From: Terriglobia bacterium
Lineage (GTDB): Bacteria; Acidobacteriota; Terriglobia; JAJPHL01
Length of the DNA stretch: 64,000 bases
NCBI GenBank assembly: GCA_963747095.1
Contig: CAVVEL010000009.1
Coordinates: 202,868 to 266,867, forward strand
Direction: 5' to 3'
Shown: in pieces, positions 42,158 to 51,819 of the stretch
How positions within the stretch are numbered: position 1 is the stretch's first letter
Layout: each line of letters starts with the position of its first letter
Made by a program: the position numbers and the translations under genes
The notes under the pieces: generated by a model
The model's database searches: none
Told to the model about the DNA's origin: nothing
The model's input: the letters and a program-made list of their open reading frames with translations, nothing else

Positions 42158-43025
42158 ATGTACGAAACTAACTCTCACGGAAAACAATGGTCAGGGACGG
42201 CACGGAAAACAATGGTCAGGGACGGTTGCTGCCATTCTCTGCACTATGTTGATGATCTTCACCTATCTTCCCAAAGCCTCCGCGGATGACACGGACAAGA
42301 AGACCGTAATCACGTTCGGTGAAACGGTGCAGATTCCCGGCCAGGCTCTGCCAGCCGGCACTTACGTGTTCAAGACGATGAGAATGACCGGCGACGGCCA
42401 CATCGTGCAGATCTTCGACAAAGACGGGCACAAGCTCTTTGCGACGCTAATGGCCGTTCCGGTGTACCGCGACACGTCCAGCTATCACGGTGATCAGCCG
42501 GCCATTCGGTTTGAGGAACGCCTGTCCACCGAGCCGCAAGCGGTGAAGGTATGGTTCCGGCCGGGCGACGACATCGGGCAGGAGTTCACGTACTCCAAGG
42601 ATCAGTCACGGCTGTTGGCGAAGAACAGCCCGTGGGCGATTCCTGGAACGGTGACCACCGAAATCGCGCAGAGTAATATGCCTGCTCCTGACAACGGCAT
42701 CGTCGCCGAGCCGCCCGCGGACACCGCGTCGGCCGTACAGACTCCCGACACGTCCGCTCCTGTAACGCCATCCCCGGACACGGCGGCCGACGAAGACAAG
42801 GCCGCTCCCAGTCCGATGGCTGAGGAGACGCCCGACGCCGGCTTGCCGCAAGATCAGGCGCAGCCTCCCGCCACGTCCGAAACGCCGAGTTCTACACCCG
42901 ACGACAACAAGCCCGACCAACTGCCCAAGACCGGCAGCGAGTTGGCGCTGATCGGATTGGCGGGCAGTTTCTCTCTGGCTCTTGGCGCAGCCGTTTCCGC
43001 CTATCGCCGCTGTGCGAGCCGCTAG
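42158..43025 (+). CDS. LPXTG sorting-signal protein, N-terminus frameshifted by a 25-bp duplication
   Basis: GAGG + ATG at 42158; signal peptide, beta domain (LPAGTYVF), Pro/Thr/Asp linker, then LPKTG, hydrophobic helix and RR tail. Confidence 0.85.
42176..42225 (+). repeat. perfect 25-bp tandem duplication
   Basis: CACGGAAAACAATGGTCAGGGACGG x2. Confidence 0.95.
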
Positions 43026-43100
43026 GCGTTCCTGTGTGAAGTAACTTCTCGCCGGCGCGGGTGCTTGCAAGCCGCCCGCGCCGGCCCTTTTTGAAGAACT

Positions 43101-43689
43101 ATGCGACGGCTGCGTACTCTCCTCGAATGGTTCTGCTTCCTGGTTGCGGCGGTTTGCCTGGGCTATTGCGCGTGGGTATTGCTCGACTCGGAGATCTTTC
43201 AGAAGCGCGCCTTACAAGAGTTGGATCGCTCCAGCGGCCAGGCGCATTCCCGTTCGAAGGCCCGGCTTCAAGAAGGCACACTCCTCGGACAGATCACGAT
43301 TCCGCGCTTAGGCGTTTCTTCCGTGATCCTGGGAAGGCACCGGCGATACAACGTTACGCCGCGCTGTGGGTCACGTTCGCGGAACGGCGCTTCCCGGACA
43401 AGCCGGTAACATCTGCCTGGCGGGCCATCGCGACCGCCAATTCCGCCCACTGAGCGGCATCGCCGCCGGCGACGAGGTGCGCATCCGCACCGCCAGAGGC
43501 ACGGAGATTTACCGCGTCGTGGACGCGGGAATTGTCGTGCCTCAACACACCGATGTGCTGGACAAGACTTCTTCCGATAGTCTCACCCTGATCACTTGCT
43601 ATCCCTTTGATTTTATCGGCAGCGCGCCGGAGCGGTTTATCGTCCGCGCGCGCGCCGTGGGCGCAGAGCGCGCCCGGGCCGGCGAGTGA
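43101..43689 (+). CDS. class D-like sortase, +1 frameshift near 43331
   Basis: TM anchor, IPRLG, (E)GT..LRRAVGH, LAGHRD, LTLITCYPF and ERFIV (His-Cys-Arg triad); span 589 nt. Confidence 0.92.
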
Positions 43690-44111
43690 TATTCCTTATC
43701 GCTGCTCCTCCCATAGATGGCTACCTGCCCCGCCGATCCAGAACGGCACGAGGTGATTCAAAAGGCTCCCTCCAGCGAACTGTATCCCCCGGAAAGAGGG
43801 GTCAAACAGCCTGAGAGTGGGTCGGAGATGTCGGGAACGGCGGTCGGAACGGCGGGGTCGGGAACGGCGGGGTCGGCCTGACGTGCGTAGTCACTTTTCG
43901 GGACCACGCATTGTCGGCACGACGCGAATAGGAAAACAGGCGACGCAGATCAGGCTGTCCCCCGCATTGCCCAAGCGATTGAAAGTACAAGCCGGCGAAG
44001 TCATTCTCAGGGCAGCGCCAAGAAAAATCGATTCCCGTCAACCTTTATCGGTGGTTGCTTTTCCGGCGCTTCGGGAACACCAACCACTCAAATGGTGTCT
44101 AAACCACCAAC

Positions 44112-45209
44112 ATGGACGTAAAGACCGCAGCAATCAAAATCCTGACCTTCTCCATCGCTTTCGCCGCAGGAGTACCCAGCGTCGCCGCGCAGCCGCCGAC
44201 CGCGCAGGAGCCGGTCGCGGGTGTCACTTCGGCAATCATCAAGCTATTTGACCAATATCGGGTCGTGATGCTGGGTGAGATGCACGAATCTATCCAGGAA
44301 CACGCCTTGCTGAACAAACTGGTGGAGGCGCCGGGATTTTCAGAACGCGTCAATGACATCGTAGTGGAAATCTGCAACTCCCTTTATCAGGACACCATGG
44401 ATCGCTATATCGCAGGCGAGAACGTGCCGGTCGAGCGCCTTCGCCTATCGTGGGAGAACGTTGTGGGAGCGCCCGGCGGCGTCGCTGTGGCGCCCTACCA
44501 TGGCTTGTACGCCACGATCCGGTCCGTCAATCAAAAGTTACCCAAGGACCGCCGGCTGCGGGTGCTGTGCGGAGATCCGCCGATTGATTGGGCCCGCGTC
44601 GCAACCCGCGACGACATCGCGCCATTTCTGGGCTTCCGCGACAAGCACTACGCCAGCGTCGTCCGGTACGACGTCCTCGCCCTACGTAGGAAAGCGTTGT
44701 TGATCATGGGCAGCGGACACTTCCAGCGGCGGGAAGGCAAACCCGGCGTGATCGAACAACAAATGATCCAGGCTTTCGTGAAAACTTACGTGATCCTGCC
44801 CGGTAGTGACATCGTAGGGACTTACGACGATCTCGATGCACGCTTCGAACATGAGGCCGCCCCGCAGTTGATAGAGATGAAGAACACTTGGCTAGCCGGT
44901 TTGCCGCGTTGGCAAGAGTCGCCGGTGATTGGCTATCCCGCCATTGCCGCCCTTAAGACGAAGCTGGGGACATGGGAGCAGAACGCCGACGCCTACCTGT
45001 ACCTGGGACCGCGGGACAAATTGACGCAGGGCGGCGAAGAGTTCGATTTGGAGGGTACCCCCTACGGAAGCGAACTTCGCCGCAGGTGGAAGATCATTTT
45101 CCCCAGGCCTCCCGAGGCGCTGCCGAAATCCGACGGCAAGGAGCGTCCCTTGTTCCAACGGATGGCACCGACCACACCGGCGCTGCCACGTGTGCCGCCA
45201 CCCAAATGA
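44112..45209 (+). CDS. secreted ChaN/EreA-like fold hypothetical protein
   Basis: Signal peptide; VMLGEMH, IVVE, RD and IMGSGH pattern. Confidence 0.7.
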   Translation: MDVKTAAIKILTFSIAFAAGVPSVAAQPPTAQEPVAGVTSAIIKLFDQYRVVMLGEMHESIQEHALLNKLVEAPGFSERVNDIVVEICNSLYQDTMDRYIAGENVPVERLRLSWENVVGAPGGVAVAPYHGLYATIRSVNQKLPKDRRLRVLCGDPPIDWARVATRDDIAPFLGFRDKHYASVVRYDVLALRRKALLIMGSGHFQRREGKPGVIEQQMIQAFVKTYVILPGSDIVGTYDDLDARFEHEAAPQLIEMKNTWLAGLPRWQESPVIGYPAIAALKTKLGTWEQNADAYLYLGPRDKLTQGGEEFDLEGTPYGSELRRRWKIIFPRPPEALPKSDGKERPLFQRMAPTTPALPRVPPPK

Positions 45210-45570
45210 AACGGCCGACCGGCTGGGGTCCACGCGACATCCAACACCGCGATATCGGCTTCCGATGCGTGTGGGCAGCACCCTGAGATTGCTGTTCACC
45301 CGGACCTATAACGGGCTTCTCGCGGATGTGGAACAGTGCTTCCGAGTGGATGTCGGCAAACCGGACAAGTGATCACACGCCTGGAATTGGCTGCGGACGT
45401 AAAGTGGCGAACAATCTCCGCAAGTGGATCGCGAGAAGAGTTTTCATAACTCCAACACGTAACACTGTCCGGTTTCGGGCTCGGCTTCCCGGCCCTGGAC
45501 AGGCAACCAGGTAGGACTTGCCTTAGTTTTCATGGTGATAGGCTGGAATCAAGGATGCGCGGGTTTGGGT

Positions 45571-47992
45571 ATGTCGAATATCTGGAACGACCTCCGTTTT
45601 GGACTGCGCATGCTGGCGCGCCGCCCAGGGTTCACCGTAGTCGCGGTGCTGACTCTGGCCCTGGGAATCGGGGCCAACACCGCTATCTTCACCGTTGTGG
45701 AAGCGTTGTTGATGCGACCACTGCCCTATCGCGATCCTAACCGGCTGGTCATGGTTTGGGAACACAACTACAAGCGCAACCTGACCAAGTACAACTCGGT
45801 GGGTTCATCGAACTATATGCGCTGGAAGGAGCAGGCCAAGTCGTTCGAGAGCATGTCGCTGTTTGTCTCGTTATCTGCGAACGTCTTGCCGGACAAACCC
45901 GGCCGGGGCGACGCGGAACGCCTTCCCGTTGGCATGGTCGGTGGGGACCTGTTTCAGACCATCGGAGTGGGCGCTTTCCTGGGCCGGACCATCCAGCCGG
46001 AGGACGGCCGGCAGGGGCACAATGACGTCGTGGTCATCAGTCACGGATACTGGATGCGGCGCTTCGGCGGCGATCCCAGTGTTATAGAGCAGAGTCTTAG
46101 ACTGAACGATCAGCGAGTCCAAATCATCGGCGTCATGCCTCCCGGATTCCAGATTGGAGAAGCGGTGGACCTTTGGACTCCGGGCGTGTTGACCGAAAGC
46201 ACCCGCGATTCCACGGGACGCTGGGCATCCGTAGTGGCTCGCCTGAAGCCGGGTGTCTCGCAAGAACAAGCGCAAGCGGAAATGTCGGCGATCGCCCAGC
46301 GCTTCGAGCAGGAACGTCCCGGATTCGACATGGGTTGGACCGTGTACCTGCGTTCGATGCGCGATGAGATTTCCGGCGACATTCGTACGCCGCTGCTGGT
46401 CCTGTTAGGCGCGGTGGGCTTCGTCTTGCTGATCGCTTGTGCCAATGTTGCCAATCTGCAACTGGCGCGCGCCGCGGGACGTCGCAAGGAGCTTGCCGTG
46501 CGCGCCGCGTTGGGTGCAGGCCGCCGGCGCCTGGTAGCGCAGTTCCTCGCGGAAAGCGTGGCGCTCGCGCTCGCCGGAGGAGCCGCCGGCATGGTTCTGG
46601 CGATGTGGATGCTGAGCGTCGTAGGGAAATTGCTGCCGGCTGAGATCCCCGGATTCGTCGCCATCGGTATCGACGCGCCAGTAATGGCTTTCGCCTTGGC
46701 GCTTTCATTTCTGAGCGGCCTGGCTTTCGGCATGGCTCCGGCACTCGAGGCGTCGCGGACTGATCCGCAAGACGCGCTTCAAGAAGGCGGCCGCGGAGCG
46801 TCTGCTTCGCGCTCGAGTGGTCGTCTGAGGAACGTGTTGGTGGCGTCGGAGATGGCGCTGGCTCTGATCTTGCTCGCCGGCGCGGGCATTCTGATGAAGA
46901 GCTTCGTGCGACTGAGCGGAGTCAATCCTGGATTCGCGGCCGATCGGTTGCTGACCATGGAAGTGGCCCTGAGCGGACAACGTTACCCAAGCTCCCGCAC
47001 AAGCGCGCTTTTTTGCGGACGCCATTTCACGTATCTCCACGCAACCAGGCGTCATTTCGGCCGCGGCGATGAGTTTCGTTCCGCTGGCCAGTCTGGGATC
47101 TGCTACCAACTTCAATCTGGCCGACCGTGCTAAGCCGCCGGAAGGCGAAGACCCGGTAGGGGGCTTACGTGTGGTCACCGCGGGATTGTTCCGCACCATG
47201 GGGATTCCAATACTCCAAGGCCGCGAGTTCGAGACGCGCGACACCGCCGCCGCTCCCGTGAAAGTGATCATCAACGAAAACATGGTCAAGACCTACTGGC
47301 CCAACGAGAGTCCCTTGGGCAAGCACGTCTTGATGGACTGGGACAAGAAACTCGACGCCGAGATTATTGGTGTCGTGGGCGATGTGCGTCTTACCAGCCT
47401 GGAGACGAAGGCGGGCAACACGCTGTATTGGGCGCAACCGCAATTCCCCAACGAGTTCATGGCCATCATGGTTCGCACCCAAGGCGACCCTTTAGCGGCC
47501 GTGCCGGCCGTCAAGGCGCAACTCGCCACCCTCGATCCGGAAACGCCGGTGGCTAAGATTCAGACCATGGAACAAGTGGCCGGCGACTCTCTAAAACAGT
47601 CTCGCTTCACCATGCTGCTGCTGGCCATTTTCGCCACGTTGGCGCTGATCCTGGCGGCCATCGGGATCTATGGCGTGATCTCCTACCTGGTGACATTGCG
47701 GACGCGGGAGATCGGCGTACGAATGGCGCTGGGCGCGCAGCCGGCCGATGTGCTCCGGATGGTGATCCGCCAGGCGATGCTGACCACGAGCATCGGCATG
47801 CTCGCGGGCCTCGCCGGTGCGCTGGCTTTGAGCCAGTCGCTCACTAAGCTCTTGTATGAAGTGCAGCCGGCCGATCCCGCAACTTTCGCGGCCGTTTCCG
47901 TGGCGCTGGCTGTGGTGTCGCTAGGGGCGTGCTACATCCCGGCACACCGCGCCACACGCGTTAACCCGATGACCGCCCTGCATCATGAATAG
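45571..47992 (+). CDS. MacB/FtsX-type ABC permease (ADOP-like orphan permease), frameshift near 46987
   Basis: DLRFGLRML..LALGIGANTAIF, LLIACANVANL and REIGVRMALGA; the two track ORFs join with a net +1 shift. Confidence 0.93.
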
Positions 47993-48074
47993 CTGCAAGA
48001 CACCACGCTAACGGCCGCCCGTTTCACTCGCGTAGATCATGAATCAGGCCGAAAACTGCGGGGTCAGCCTGAAC

Positions 48075-49106
48075 CTACGGTTGCAGGATCACCTTCATCA
48101 AATTGCCCTCCCGCGCGTACAACCGCGCGAACCACTCCGCCCCTTCCGTCAGCGGCGCCTTGGCGCTGATCAGCGGTTCCACCTGGATCGCGCCACTGGC
48201 CAGCATCTCGATGCACTGCGGATATTCGCCGCAAGAGGCGCACGATCCCGTCACGCGGATTTGCCGCGTCACCACCGCTTGCAAAGGGAAGTCGATTTGC
48301 GGCGCCAGATTGCCCACCAGCGTGAGCGCGCCGCCTTTGCGCAACGCGGCCACGGCAGTTTTCACCGGATCGCCGGCGCCAACTACTTCCATGGCCACGT
48401 CCGCGCCGCGGCCGCCGGTGCGGGCCCGCACAAACTCCACCGGATCGTCCTGGCGGGCATTCACGGTGTCGGTGGCGCCCAGGCGCAGCGCCAACTCCAG
48501 GCGATTCGCTTCCAGATCCACGGCCATGATTCGCCCGCAGCCGGCGCGTTTCAGCGCCTGGATCGCCAACAGTCCGATCATCCCCGCGCCTACGACCACG
48601 GCGGAATCGCCCAGACGAATCGGTGTCAGGTTGGTGGCGTGAACGGCCACCGAGACCGCTTCGATCATCGCGGCGTGCTCGAAGGGCAGCGCATCGGGCA
48701 GGCGATAGCAGATGTGCGCGGGAGCGGCCACGTATTGGGCGAACGCGCCGTGGCGGCGATAGTCGCCGCAGGAAACGCCCAGCACTTGGCGATTGTCGCA
48801 AAGGTTCACGTCGCCCCGGCGGCAGAAAAAGCAGGTTCCGCAATAGACCGTGGAGTCGAAGGTTACGCGGTCGCCCTCGCGAAATCCGGTGACACCCGCG
48901 CCCGCAGCTGCCACTGTGCCGGCCGCTTCGTGGCCCATCACCAGCGGCGGGATGCGCCGGCCGGAACTGCCGTCGTAGCCGTGAATGTCCGAGCCGCAGA
49001 TGCCGCAGGCCCGCACCCGAATCAACAACTCTCCAGGCCCCGGAGAGGGCGTGGGCATTTCGGCGATTTCCAAATGACGATATTCGGTCAGCAGCAGGGC
49101 TTGCAT
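48075..49106 (-). CDS. zinc-dependent polyol/sugar dehydrogenase (MDR family)
   Basis: CGSD, GHE, structural zinc CxxCxxC..C and GAGMIG. Confidence 0.93.
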   Translation of the reverse strand: MQALLLTEYRHLEIAEMPTPSPGPGELLIRVRACGICGSDIHGYDGSSGRRIPPLVMGHEAAGTVAAAGAGVTGFREGDRVTFDSTVYCGTCFFCRRGDVNLCDNRQVLGVSCGDYRRHGAFAQYVAAPAHICYRLPDALPFEHAAMIEAVSVAVHATNLTPIRLGDSAVVVGAGMIGLLAIQALKRAGCGRIMAVDLEANRLELALRLGATDTVNARQDDPVEFVRARTGGRGADVAMEVVGAGDPVKTAVAALRKGGALTLVGNLAPQIDFPLQAVVTRQIRVTGSCASCGEYPQCIEMLASGAIQVEPLISAKAPLTEGAEWFARLYAREGNLMKVILQP

Positions 49107-49204
49107 GGACGAACGCCCTCCTGAGTTGGCCACATCCTGTCCATCTATGCTAAAAATCCTCGCGTCTGCTCGGGATTGTCCAGTGTTCCTTTTTCGCCAC
49201 GCAC

Positions 49205-49459
49205 CTACTTCTTCTTTCGAGCAGGCCTCTTGCGCTTCGAGGCGCTGGGACGCTTGCTGGGAGCGGCCTTCTTGCCCACGAGCAGGCGGCTGACGGCGCT
49301 TTTCGCTTCCGCCGCTGTGGGCATATGCATCTGCTTGGCCTTCGCGGTCAGTTCGTCGGCCTTGGCGCTTAATGTGCCGAGCGCCGAGCCGATACTGCGG
49401 GCGGCGTCAACCAAAGCGCCATCTGAGGATACCGCGTGCTTTGTTTTCTTGGTAGGCAT
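49205..49459 (-). CDS. small Lys/Ala-rich basic protein
   Basis: LVDAARSIGSALG core and a KKAAPSKRPSASKRKRPARKKK tail. Confidence 0.7.
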   Translation of the reverse strand: MPTKKTKHAVSSDGALVDAARSIGSALGTLSAKADELTAKAKQMHMPTAAEAKSAVSRLLVGKKAAPSKRPSASKRKRPARKKK

Positions 49460-49513
49460 AGTGATTTCCAAGTCTACTACGAGTAGGGTCACGTGTTGGC
49501 AAAATCCCTTGCA

Positions 49514-50022
49514 GGCAGTGGGTCAATTTGAACATGACGCTTCGACTGCGGCTCTGCCGCTCCTTCGTGCGGAAGGCTCCGCCTTTCCCTCCGCCTTTCC
49601 ATGGGCGTCCGCGAAGCGGACGCCCTGACAGTAGCCCAGCACTTCAGTGCTGGGAAAATGGCCGTCTCCGATGAAGTCCGTGCAACGGACGGCTGAGGTC
49701 TTTCCGGAGCCATGCTCAAAAATATAGAAACCTCAGTCGTCCGTTGCACGGACTCGCTTCCTGCTTGGTTCCGTCCCCAGCACTAAAGTGCTGGGCTACT
49801 GTCAAAGCGTCCGTTTCACGGACGCCTGGCCGGCAAGCTGACTGAAAAATGTAGAAACTCCAGGGAAAGGCTCCGCCTTTCCGAAAAGTCCGTTAGTACT
49901 TCGCACGGCTGCGCCGTGCGGGCAAGGCGCAGCCTTGCCAAATGAGGGCGGGTCCGGAAAGGCACAGCCCTTTCCGCACGAAGGAGCGGCGGAGCCGCAC
50001 GCTTTCAAACTGACCGACTACC
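49514..50022. mobile_element. 509-bp non-autonomous MITE with nested palindromic cargo
   Basis: Terminal inverted repeats GGCAGTGGGTCAATTTGAA / TTCAAACTGACCGACTACC flanked by the 8-bp direct repeat CCCTTGCA (49506-49513, 50023-50030). Confidence 0.85.
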
Positions 50023-50075
50023 CCCTTGCAGCGGGGCGTTATGCAGCCTGATCGGCGCAGCTTGGATCATCGCCG

Positions 50076-50372
50076 CTACACCGCTGTATTCACAGCCCCT
50101 CGGATGGCCTCCAGCGCCTCCCGCTCTTCCCTGCCGAATTCTGCGGAATGCGTGGCCTGCACTTTTTCGATCGACTCCAGGAAAAGCCCCCAGCCGTCGG
50201 TGAGGCCATTCAGACAGCCAAACCCCCGTCTTAGCTCGGCGGCTGCCTGCGGATGACCTGCGGCTTTCAGTTTGGCGATGAGGTCCCTCACGGCCTGGAA
50301 AAAATCCTCGTTCGATCGAAAGGTAGTCAATGGAAAATCGGGGATCACCCGAGTAGGCACTGCAACACCCAA
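50076..50372 (-). CDS. hypothetical protein
   Basis: Helical ORF containing CLNGLTDGW; start uncertain. Confidence 0.55.
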   Translation of the reverse strand: MGVAVPTRVIPDFPLTTFRSNEDFFQAVRDLIAKLKAAGHPQAAAELRRGFGCLNGLTDGWGLFLESIEKVQATHSAEFGREEREALEAIRGAVNTAV

Positions 50373-50467
50373 GTGATTAGAATATACTGCCAGCGAGGCG
50401 AAGGGATCGCCGGGATGGTAACAATCACGCCAACAATTACAAAGGCGGGCGCGACACTGGAGGGGAA

Positions 50468-51661
50468 ATGAAGTTAGGGATCGTGATTCCCGCTTTCAAC
50501 GAAGAAGGTGCTATCCAGGCGATCATCGAGCGCACCTTGGAGGCGCGCGAACACATTTGCGCCGCCAGCCCGGTCCAGGACGTCGAGGTGGTCGTGGTCA
50601 GCGACGGTTCCACCGACCAGACCGTGGAGATCGCTCGCCGTTTTGCGAATCGCGTTCGCCTGGTCATCCTGCCCAATAACCGGGGCTACGGAGCCGCGAT
50701 CAAGACCGGTTGGTCCCAGACGGACGCCGACCTGCTGGGTTTCCTGGATGCCGATGGCACCTGCGATCCCAGATTCTTCGCCGTGCTGTGCTCCCGGCTT
50801 GTCGAGACCAACGCGGACGTAGTTCTAGGGTGCCGTTTGAATCAGGAAAGCCGCATGCCGCTGCTGCGGCGCGTCGGCAACTTCATATTCGCGATTCTGT
50901 TAAGCACGCTTTCCAGTTCCCGCGTGCGGGACACGGCCAGCGGGATGCGAGTGGTCCGCCGCCAAGCCATCTCCAAGCTGTATCCTCTTCCGGACGGTTT
51001 GCATTTCACCCCGGCCATGAGCGCGCGGGCCATGCTCTCTCCCAGTCTCCTGATTGAAGAACTGGATATGCCTTATCGCGAGAGGGTTGGCCAATCCAAA
51101 CTGCGGGTCTGGCGGGATGGCATCCTTTTTCTGCGCGTGATCGTGGAGGCCGCCTTTCTCTACCGGCCGTCCCGCCTCTTGGGGGCTTTCAGCTTGCTGG
51201 CCTTCCTGTGCGCCGGCCTTCTGATGCTCTTCCCGATCAGCTACTATCTGGCGCATCGACGTGTCCTGGAGTGGATGATCTACCGTTTCTTGGGCGGTGA
51301 ACTGCTGGGAACCGCCGGCGCCATCCTTTTCTGCGCGTCCTATCTTTCCTCCCGGATGACCACCCTGGCGTTGTCGGGTGAAGTCGGGGAAGGACATCGC
51401 TCCTTGATTGCGCGGTTTTTCCAAAGCCCCTGGTTTTGGCTGGTTCCAGCCGCGTTGGTTCTTGCCTCCATCTTGTTGGTCGGCGCCAGCCTGGCCGAGC
51501 GCTTGGAAAAGGGTGGGACAACGGAACATTGGTCCCGTTACGTGGCCGCGGTCTTCTTCCTGTCGATGGCGGTTATGCTGGCCGTGACGCGGTCTCTCGA
51601 CTACATCTTCCGGCTGGTCCAGGAGAGGCTGCGGTACTGGCAAGAGAAGGAACTAAGATGA
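50468..51661 (+). CDS. GT2 glycosyltransferase (DPM1/ArnC-like) with C-terminal TM helices
   Basis: IPAFNEE, DGSTD, GYGAA, DAD and RVGQSK. Confidence 0.92.
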   Translation: MKLGIVIPAFNEEGAIQAIIERTLEAREHICAASPVQDVEVVVVSDGSTDQTVEIARRFANRVRLVILPNNRGYGAAIKTGWSQTDADLLGFLDADGTCDPRFFAVLCSRLVETNADVVLGCRLNQESRMPLLRRVGNFIFAILLSTLSSSRVRDTASGMRVVRRQAISKLYPLPDGLHFTPAMSARAMLSPSLLIEELDMPYRERVGQSKLRVWRDGILFLRVIVEAAFLYRPSRLLGAFSLLAFLCAGLLMLFPISYYLAHRRVLEWMIYRFLGGELLGTAGAILFCASYLSSRMTTLALSGEVGEGHRSLIARFFQSPWFWLVPAALVLASILLVGASLAERLEKGGTTEHWSRYVAAVFFLSMAVMLAVTRSLDYIFRLVQERLRYWQEKELR

Positions 51662-51702
51662 GCGGCCCTTGGCGATGCCGGGATCGCGGATGCTGTGCCA
51701 TA

Positions 51703-51810
51703 CTAGTCCCGTGACTGCCTGATTTGGTTCCCAGTGAAGCGTTGGGGAAGCAATCATTACCGTTTTGACCGCGACGGCAAAGAAACGAAACTAGGCGGTC
51801 ACGGGACTAG
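51703..51810. mobile_element. 108-bp MITE-like element with CTAG ends
   Basis: CTAGTCCCGTGACTGCCT ... AGGCGGTCACGGGACTAG. Confidence 0.7.
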
Positions 51811-51819
51811 GAGCAAGCC

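Noticed and set aside
45211-45286. Active diversity-generating retroelement
   Set aside because: No reverse transcriptase and no template/variable repeat pair in the window.
45543-45560. Sigma-54 promoter (GG-N10-GC)
   Set aside because: Only the dinucleotides match; the TGGCAC/TTGC context is poor.
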